From: Naegleria gruberi
Taxonomy: Eukaryota
Reading direction: 5' to 3' (one strand)
Assembly: GCA_000004985.1 (NCBI GenBank)
Contig: GG738911.1
Length of the DNA: 64,000 nucleotides
Shown here: positions 57,180 through 64,000 of the stretch, piece after piece
Layout of the letters: each line of letters opens with the position of its first letter
Position numbering within the stretch: the stretch's first letter is position 1
Notes under the pieces: model-generated
Seen by the model: the letters and a program-made list of their open reading frames with translations, nothing else
Databases searched by the model: none
Told to the model about the DNA's origin: nothing
Made by a program: the position numbers and the translations under genes

Positions 57180-57866
57180 ATGTCTCAAAGCAATAACACC
57201 ACCAATTACGCCTCTCCAATCATTGCCAATCTTCCACGAGGCTGGATTAATTTCGAAGGCTCCATTCCCAATAGAACTCCACTCCACTCCTATGGCATGT
57301 ATGAAAATTATGATCATTCCGAGTTGCCAGCCTTTCCTCAAGATACCAACTATAATGAATCATTGGTAAAGTGTGGGGCCATCAGTACTACCACCCCGAA
57401 TAATAATAATCTTACTCAATTGGTTGATCCAAATATTCCGAATGTTTTGAAACAATTATTTAGTGATCAAAGTTTCTTTGGCAGTAAGAATGGAGTTTGT
57501 CATTATTGGTTGAGAGATATGATTGGGCCATTGGATGTCTATTTGCCAAATAATCAATTTGTTTTGTATCCTTTCTATCATGATCAACAATCGTGTATGA
57601 CTTGGTTTGCATTGTGTGATTTGACAGTTACTGATCCAACTAAAATTGGAAGTACTGAAAAACCATGTGTTGTTTCTGGGTTGAGTGGTGAAGATATTGA
57701 GGCAGATGAAGATTTCTTTCCAAATGTTTTGAGATTGACAAGTTTTGTGTTAGTTGCTGATACCATTGAAGAGTTTGTGTGGAGAGAAGGAATTGAGGCT
57801 GAAATCAGCAATCCGAATGGAAATTTGAGTACTGAAGCTCAAAATTATCTTCAAGAATATCAATAA
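57180..57866 (+). CDS. Hypothetical 228-aa protein.
   Basis: Intact ATG ORF; no motifs recognised. Confidence 0.35.
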   Translation: MSQSNNTTNYASPIIANLPRGWINFEGSIPNRTPLHSYGMYENYDHSELPAFPQDTNYNESLVKCGAISTTTPNNNNLTQLVDPNIPNVLKQLFSDQSFFGSKNGVCHYWLRDMIGPLDVYLPNNQFVLYPFYHDQQSCMTWFALCDLTVTDPTKIGSTEKPCVVSGLSGEDIEADEDFFPNVLRLTSFVLVADTIEEFVWREGIEAEISNPNGNLSTEAQNYLQEYQ

Positions 57867-57896
57867 ATTGGCTATTTCAAATAATTAGGAAATGAT

Positions 57897-58271
57897 TTAA
57901 CTTGTTTCCAGGCCTTTACTTGTTCTTGTTTTAATTTTGACAAGTTCAACATCTTCTCTCAAACTTTCTGATGCAAATTCTAAAAGTGTGCCTCTATGTT
58001 GTACAGCTATCAGTACAACCTCCTTATTGTTCTTAATGTTAATTGGTGCAAATTGTAGAGAGTCTGGATTTGCAGAGATGGCTCTCTTTGAGAATTTCAC
58101 ATTTCTTCTCAATAATTCTGATGCATTCTCATAGGATCCGACTTGTTTCCACAATTCTTCAATAATCATTTCATTTTCCATCAAGTCTTTCGATAGATAT
58201 TTAATGACAGATTCGCCATAAGTTTTGATTGCTAAACAGACTATTTCAATATATTTTAACCTCTTGATCAA
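57897..58271 (-). CDS. DUF4116-like repeat-containing ORF (fragment or short paralog); 5' end uncertain.
   Basis: 'NKEVVLIAVQHRGTLLEFASESLREDVELV' and 'FSKRAISANPDSLQFAPINIKNN' match the repeat unit. The track start is TTG; the first in-frame ATG is about 30 codons in. Confidence 0.4.
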   Translation of the reverse strand: MIKRLKYIEIVCLAIKTYGESVIKYLSKDLMENEMIIEELWKQVGSYENASELLRRNVKFSKRAISANPDSLQFAPINIKNNKEVVLIAVQHRGTLLEFASESLREDVELVKIKTRTSKGLETS

Positions 58272-58396
58272 CTGGTTTGTATAAAATCTTTCATAATTAC
58301 CATTTTTTTATGATTTCTGAAAAATGAATTTGACACGTTTGTGTTTCGTCCACTTTATTAATAGATTAGTTCTAAGAAATAATTTCAATGTAATCG

Positions 58397-59790
58397 TTAC
58401 CGTCTAGGAGGTGAGTCAGTATAGACTTCAGTGATCACACCAAAAACACAAATATTACCATTATCCCACATTAGAAACCTTCCAAATGGAGGATAAGAAT
58501 AAACCGTAGCAACATAGATTTGATTTTTTGGTTTCAGAAGAACGGTAGCATATTGACCTTTTCTGAGCTCCATTGGATTTTCATCTCTCTCATATCTTTT
58601 AATCGTATTGGAGGAGACATAAAAATCCTTGAATTTACAGCTGGTTTGTAGTGAGTGAATATTAAATGTGGGATTGTACCCTCTTCGAAATGGTGACTCT
58701 CTCAATACAGCAATATCTGCCTTGAAACTATGTACTTCTTTAGCATAATCATTATTAAAATCTGATAATACCATTCCAGGTTTAACGTTTGAAGGATTCA
58801 AACTTGTTTTCAATTGGATGGTTACCAATTGACCTGCTTTTGCTTCCCTGACAAGTTTTCTGCAAATTGCAATGGATTCAATTTTCATGGAGGGAGGAAA
58901 TTGTTTCTTGTGGGGAGTGAGTCTAATTTCTGTTTCCAATTTCAAAATTCCAGTTTCAATTTTTCCAAACACAACCAATGCACCTTTCAAATTAAAAACC
59001 TTTGAAATTGAAATTCGAAGTGGTAAATCGTACCTGTAGAGAGGTGCCTTTAGAGAATTGATAGCATCCAAAAGACAAGGTCTACCACCTTTATACCATT
59101 CCATTTTACTGCCACACGCTGGTTCCAAAATATTATCATCATTATGATTTCCCAATAATGATGACAAGGCAGAAATTGGAATTACTGTAGCATTTCCATT
59201 CTTATATCCATTGTTCTTGTATATTTTAGTGATTTCACTCTTAATTTCCATAAATCTTGTTTTAGAATAATCAACACTCTCCATCTTATTCACACAGAAA
59301 ATCAATTGAATTGATCCGAGACAATATGTGGCTCTAATCATTGTTGTAATATTTGGAATTCCAGCTTCAAAGGCTCCAATTTCAGCATCCAACACAACAA
59401 TTCCAATATTTGCTTGTGATATTCCTCTAAACATACTTTTCAAAAATGGATTCGCTTTTTATCATCATCATTACCACATATATTTAAATTAATCAAATTT
59501 TCCTAATTACCTGGAGCATCAATAATATTTAAATGAAAATGTTTAGTTTCGGCCATGCTGTAAACTAAATTCATTGTTCTTCCTCTCTTAATTTCATCCT
59601 TCGTTCTCGATAACACGCTTGCATAGTTTCGAATAGAATCAGACGAATCTAATTGCATGCCAGATTCTACTCGTTCCATGATTGAAGAATTGATAGTCCC
59701 GAGGGAGTGTAGTAATTGTACGGCCAATGTTGTTTTACCAGAATTAGCTTGACCAAGAATAATCACACTCAGTGTTGGCTTTTCAAGCAT
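58397..59790 (-). CDS. eEF1A-like translational-GTPase paralog with degenerate G motifs (probable pseudo-GTPase), two exons: join(59790..59511, 59454..58397).
   Basis: Collinear with eEF1A across all three domains. G1 'GQANSGKTT' (P-loop kept); 'IIDAPANPFLKSMFRGISQANIGIVVLDAEIGAFEAGI' versus eEF1A '[39 protein letters not shown]'; G4 'NKME'. The 56-nt intron 59455..59510 (GTAATT…AAAAAG, phase 1) is the only frame-compatible acceptor after the exon-1 donor. About 440 aa, no N-terminal extension. Confidence 0.7.
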
Positions 59791-60602
59791 TTTTTTTTGT
59801 TGTAAAGTTTATTGCACGTGCAATTTTGACATTGAAACATATATCTACCAACAGTTGTCATTATGAAAAAATAATGTATGTGAATAGAACCAATCAGGCG
59901 AAAAAAATCTTTTGACAAACCATGCAAAAAAAACTGTTCGCATAATTAAGCTCATAATGCTAAAAAATATCTTTGGACATATATATCCTTAGTTATAATC
60001 AATCAACAAGAACTTGGAAAAATATTGACAACAAGTAAGTCCATCCCGACTCGGTTGATTCTTGGAGAATGATTTAAATAGTAGTATTAATAGTAATTTT
60101 TGGAATTTAATTGTTCATCATGATTTGGAAATAATTTTATTATTTGGAAAAATTCAAGTTGGTACCAACCATCATCGGAACAACAACCAACCTGATCATC
60201 ATTGTTATTTACCATCATTATAATATTTGTGGAAATAAATCTGATAATAATAATATTTTAGTATAACATGAATGTTTTGTAAACTTGATAAAATGTTCTT
60301 TTTATAAACGAATAAAGATATTTGAGTAATGTGGAGAAAAACTGTCTTTATTTTGAATCTTGTGAATTTGAATTACCTAAAGATCTCAATAGTGAAAATT
60401 GGTATTTTAAAAGTGAATGGATAATTTTCATCTTTTTCACAATTTGAAAATAATTTCCAAAATTGGAAATTAGACAACTTGGGTGATTGAGTTTCATTTT
60501 CACAAATCATTGAATCTCAGCCATCCTCATGCCGAAACAGTATAAATTGGCTCATCAGACGAAACATTGACTTTCAAACAATCACAAAAAAAACAAAACA
60601 AA

Positions 60603-61733
60603 ATGTATTCGAATATCAAAACTATCCGAAACACCTTGAGCAACTTGTTGCTCCTCACTCTCCTTACATTGACTTTCATCAACTGTTCCTCAATGCAAAC
60701 CAATCTCTTTCCCTCCAATTCTAGAGCAATCAACGTTGCTGGTGGCACATCAGTGTCATCTGCCAATGAATTTCCACATATGGTCAGCATTCAATACTAC
60801 TCGAGCTCATCAGTTGCCACAGGAATCCACTTCTGTGCAGGAACCATCATATCCCCTCTCCACATTGTCACTGCTTCTCACTGTGATATTGGTGTCACTT
60901 TAGATAAATTGAGAATTATTGCTGGGAATTCGAATAATCAATGCACCGCTAGTTCAACATCATGCACGATTCGTACAGTTACCAAATTCACAAAGCATCC
61001 AAATTATGACAGTTCTACCATTAAGAATGATATTGCAATCATTGAATTGGATCAACCAATTCCATTGGACGGAGTTAGAGCAGTTGCCGCCAAAATTGAG
61101 AATTTGACATTGGATCAATTTCTTTCATCTAGTTCTAGCTCAATGGTAAATATTGCTGGTTGGGGAAGAACTACAACTCAATCAAGCGTTCAAGTGATTC
61201 AGAAGGCTATGGTTCCAATTTCGCCAGTTTCAGTTTGTAACGCCAAAAATTTGGGAGTTTCGTCTCCAAATCAAATATGTGCTGGTAATGGAAATGGTAT
61301 TGATACTTGTGGTGGTGATAGTGGTGGTCCACTTTTCAGAGTTATTGCTGCAGGAACTGTCAATAACAATTTACCAATCTTTGTCTTGACAGGTGTCGTT
61401 TCTTATGGACCTCCAGGATGTGGTGGATCAAATGTTGGTGCCTACACAAATGCAACTCAATATATCTCATTTATAAGAGAACAAGTTGGTTCCTCATATA
61501 CAGTTGAAAAGTACGGAGATAGTTCAAAGCCAATTATTACTCCAACTCCTGTGCCATCTCCTTCTCCAGTCGTTCCTGTTCCTTCTAATAATGGTAATAA
61601 TCAATCTTGTAAATGCAAGTGGTATTGTAAGAAGGTTAGACAAATGAGGGAAATGAGATTGAGAGGTGGAATGAATGTTGATGAGAGTCAATTTATGAAA
61701 TGGATAAAGTTAAATCCATTCAATAAAATGTAA
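60603..61733 (+). CDS. Secreted trypsin/chymotrypsin-family (S1) serine peptidase with a C-terminal Pro-rich/Cys-containing tail.
   Basis: Signal peptide 'MYSNIKTIRNTLSNLLLLTLLTLTF'. Catalytic triad contexts 'VTASHC' (His), 'NDIAIIELD' (Asp), 'GDSGGPL' (Ser). 'CAGN' and 'SYGPPGCG' are S1-typical. The track start 60567 is TTG; the ATG is at 60603. Confidence 0.75.
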   Translation: MYSNIKTIRNTLSNLLLLTLLTLTFINCSSMQTNLFPSNSRAINVAGGTSVSSANEFPHMVSIQYYSSSSVATGIHFCAGTIISPLHIVTASHCDIGVTLDKLRIIAGNSNNQCTASSTSCTIRTVTKFTKHPNYDSSTIKNDIAIIELDQPIPLDGVRAVAAKIENLTLDQFLSSSSSSMVNIAGWGRTTTQSSVQVIQKAMVPISPVSVCNAKNLGVSSPNQICAGNGNGIDTCGGDSGGPLFRVIAAGTVNNNLPIFVLTGVVSYGPPGCGGSNVGAYTNATQYISFIREQVGSSYTVEKYGDSSKPIITPTPVPSPSPVVPVPSNNGNNQSCKCKWYCKKVRQMREMRLRGGMNVDESQFMKWIKLNPFNKM

Positions 61734-61820
61734 ACAAGATTTACAGAAATAGTTCAATAAAATAGTAACAAACTTTAACAAAATCGCACCATTGAAAAAA
61801 TCGAAAAGAAGATAAAAAGA

Positions 61821-61907
61821 TCCGATTATACGGAATCGAACCGCCGACCACAGGATAACAGTTTTTCTTGCTACAGTCCCATGCTCTACCAGCTGAGCTA
61901 TCATCGG
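61821..61907 (-). tRNA. tRNA-Tyr (anticodon GTA) with a 14-nt intron one nucleotide 3' of the anticodon.
   Basis: 'CCGATGA TA GCTC AGCTGGTA GAGC A TGGGA CTGTAG[caagaaaaactgtt]A TCCTG TGGTC GGCGG TTCGATT CCGTA TAATCGG A', closely parallel to the metazoan tRNA-Tyr exon sequence. A T5 Pol III terminator follows (plus 61814..61818). One mismatch each in the acceptor and T stems lowers confidence. Confidence 0.55.
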
Positions 61908-62144
61908 TTATGATATTGTTATTTAATGGTACACAATTATAATATATAAATTATGTCGCAACTACATTTATCTCTTGAGCCATATGACTTTTCAAAATTT
62001 GGTGAATGTTCAAATATTGTAAAGAAGGGTATAAAGAGTATTTAGAGGGTTAACGGATTACACCACAATTCAGCGACCTTTAACACTCATTAATCCTAAA
62101 AAGAAAGAAAGACTCAGCGATTTACGAATCGAAACATAAAAAAA

Positions 62145-63500
62145 ATGCAAATTTCATCCAGCAGCGAACAATGCCTCACATTGTTGGCTGTACTTTTCTT
62201 ACCACTTTTCGTTTATTGCTCAGATTTCGGCAAAATCTACACTGTCTCCAAGTACAACAGTAAACAAGTATACGAAAATATATACGAAAGTTCAACATAT
62301 AACTATCAAGGTTTTCAATCACCCTCTGATTACTACAAGCTTCCTACTGGTATTCAAGTGAGTTTCCGATACCAATTCCAAAATATTGATGATGAAATTT
62401 CCTCATCAGATTCTTTTTCTTTCCAATTTCACAGAGAAACTAAACTAAAGTATTCCATTGACTTTCCACTCATCCAAAACGTTACCATTTTGAACGCAAC
62501 TGTCCTATTAAACGCTAGATTTGGTATTTTCAATGTTGACATTCCCAATCAACTAATTGCCAGAATTGGAGATTTGCACTTTACAAAATTAAATCAAACT
62601 TTGAAGGAAAAAAGTGAATTTGGTGAAGAAATTTCTTCAATTGATGAATTTTCATTGAATTTAAATCTTTCTCAGATATTTACTACCATTAATTCAACAA
62701 CAGTTGCCTTAATTTATAATTTGGGAGATACTGAGCCAAGAAATGTGAAATTTTCACAATGGACGAAACTTTCATGTCCTTCCTCTTATGAGCTAATTGA
62801 AGAAAAGTTGAGAAATTCGAAAGAGTTTACATCTCTTGGATTTGTAGAGGGACCAGTTTCGTATAATGATCCATCAATTCCAAAGTTTAAAATTGAAGAA
62901 ATGAACCAAGTTAGAGTGGAAGATATTCAAGATTCGTATAACAAAAGACCAGGTTTCGAATATACAATTTTGAAGAGCTACATGTTTTATCAAAGTAATA
63001 TCGAGTACGATAATCTATTATCTTCCTATATTAATTTCAACTTTGAATCCAATGGAAATTTCACAGATATTTATGGAAGAAATGTCATAATTGACTTGGC
63101 ATCAATGTCATGTGGAGCTCGTGTCAAATACGGATACAAATTCGGAGATGAGATTAAGGATTATTCATTTGAGGATAAAAGATCCAATGAATACGTTCAA
63201 TGTGATCACGGAACTTTCTTCAATAATTCCTTAATAGTTTTCTATGGGAAAGTTCTGAATGGACCATTACCACCTGTTCCTTATCCATCATTTTCTCCTT
63301 CTCCTTCTCCTCATCCACATTATTCGAAACAAATTGTTTCATCTTCTTCATCTAAAAATGGAAATAATCAATCTGTGATTATTGGTGTGAGTGTTGGCTT
63401 GGGATTATTTGCTTTTTGTGTTGTGATTTCAATCATTTCAATGGTGATTTGTATTGTGGTGAAAAGACGTCAGAAATATGCCTATCAATCCGTTCAATAA
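62145..63500 (+). CDS. Type I membrane glycoprotein (451 aa), function unknown.
   Basis: N-terminal signal 'LTLLAVLFLPLFVYCS'. Many N-x-S/T sites. A Pro/Ser-rich stalk 'PPVPYPSFSPSPSPHP'. A single C-terminal TM 'VIIGVSVGLGLFAFCVVISIISMVICIVV' with a short basic tail. Confidence 0.45.
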   Translation: MQISSSSEQCLTLLAVLFLPLFVYCSDFGKIYTVSKYNSKQVYENIYESSTYNYQGFQSPSDYYKLPTGIQVSFRYQFQNIDDEISSSDSFSFQFHRETKLKYSIDFPLIQNVTILNATVLLNARFGIFNVDIPNQLIARIGDLHFTKLNQTLKEKSEFGEEISSIDEFSLNLNLSQIFTTINSTTVALIYNLGDTEPRNVKFSQWTKLSCPSSYELIEEKLRNSKEFTSLGFVEGPVSYNDPSIPKFKIEEMNQVRVEDIQDSYNKRPGFEYTILKSYMFYQSNIEYDNLLSSYINFNFESNGNFTDIYGRNVIIDLASMSCGARVKYGYKFGDEIKDYSFEDKRSNEYVQCDHGTFFNNSLIVFYGKVLNGPLPPVPYPSFSPSPSPHPHYSKQIVSSSSSKNGNNQSVIIGVSVGLGLFAFCVVISIISMVICIVVKRRQKYAYQSVQ

Positions 63501-63724
63501 AATTTAACACGTTCAAATCTGTTTATTGTGATAAAATTATGGAACTATCGAATAATTTGTGTGTGAAAAAGGTTTTGTAAACAATTTAGAGTTTATTTTG
63601 GGTAAGTTTGACGGTTCTCCGCTTTTGCATTGACTTCTAACCGTTGGGGTAAATGGTCCTTTCGTTTACATGCAATTAATTGGCAATAGAAAACTGAAAC
63701 TTTGGTTGACACTTGTTAAAAAAA

Positions 63725-64000
63725 TGTCAAAAGTCAGCTTGCTTGTTTTTATCATTGTTTTCGCTTGTTTTGTTGGTTGCGTACAAGCTTCTATCCATCT
63801 AGTACCACAAGCAACCAAATCCACTCCAGCTAGTCAAAGTAAACTTGAAGAAACTAAACTAATCATCTTGCCTTCATGGACACAAATATTCGAAACTAGA
63901 CAAATCAATGGACAAACCATCTCACAATACGCCCAACAATATGTCAACTGGGCAGGTGTCATTGGAGGTTCCGTAGCTGGTCTTTTATTTTTAATTATCA
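63725..64000 (+). CDS. 5' part of an ORF encoding a signal-peptide-bearing protein (runs off the window end).
   Basis: ATG at 63725. 'MSKVSLLVFIIVFACFVGCVQA' is a signal peptide. The frame is open to position 64000. Not in the track because it is edge-truncated. Confidence 0.3.

Noticed and set aside
59503-59790. Reading the first eEF1A-like exon as a complete 95-aa gene ending 'DAPGN*'.
   Set aside because: The ORF ends exactly at a GTAATT donor. A 56-nt intron joins it in-frame to the domain I-III continuation.
1-64000. Searched for CRISPR arrays, operons, Shine-Dalgarno-type organisation, insertion sequences and large tandem or inverted repeats.
   Set aside because: None found. The window is eukaryotic (spliceosomal introns, Pol III tRNA genes with T-run terminators), and the only repeats are short coding homopolymer codon runs and AT microsatellites.

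Overview
This is a eukaryotic nuclear window. The long ORFs, short GT-AG introns (43-94 nt), frequent Asn/Gln/Ser/Thr low-complexity tracts, moderate AT-richness and protein set (MEK, GATA, class III cyclase, maspardin, CNNM, GT10 fucosyltransferase) suggest a dictyostelid-like amoebozoan draft scaffold. I can support about 34 protein-coding genes, two tRNA genes and one N-gap; there are no prokaryotic features, and no CRISPR array or mobile element is evident.

The main observation is a recurring gene-pair module. Three times in 55 kb, an F-box(/LRR-like) gene sits head-to-head with a DUF4116-like repeat-protein gene across a very short shared promoter (193, 179 and 45 bp). A fourth DUF4116-like fragment lies elsewhere in the window.

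Other notable items:
- an eEF1A-sized paralog with degenerate GTPase motifs (DAPGH -> DAPAN, NKMD -> NKME);
- an ATP-dependent RNA-ligase (Rnl)-like gene;
- a 1746-aa multi-transmembrane PAS + class III adenylyl-cyclase-type protein with an unusual architecture;
- a GATA-finger + PHD-finger gene that seems to need a 10-nt micro-exon;
- a Zn2Cys6 cluster split by an intron;
- an apparent 1-nt frameshift in an otherwise intact GDP-L-fucose synthase gene;
- a maspardin homolog lacking the nucleophile Ser.

The supplied ORF track counts TTG/GTG as starts, and several called 'M' residues are not real starts. The two edge-truncated ORFs (1..1953 minus, 63725..64000 plus) are absent from the track. 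All family assignments are from motif recognition by eye, not database searches.
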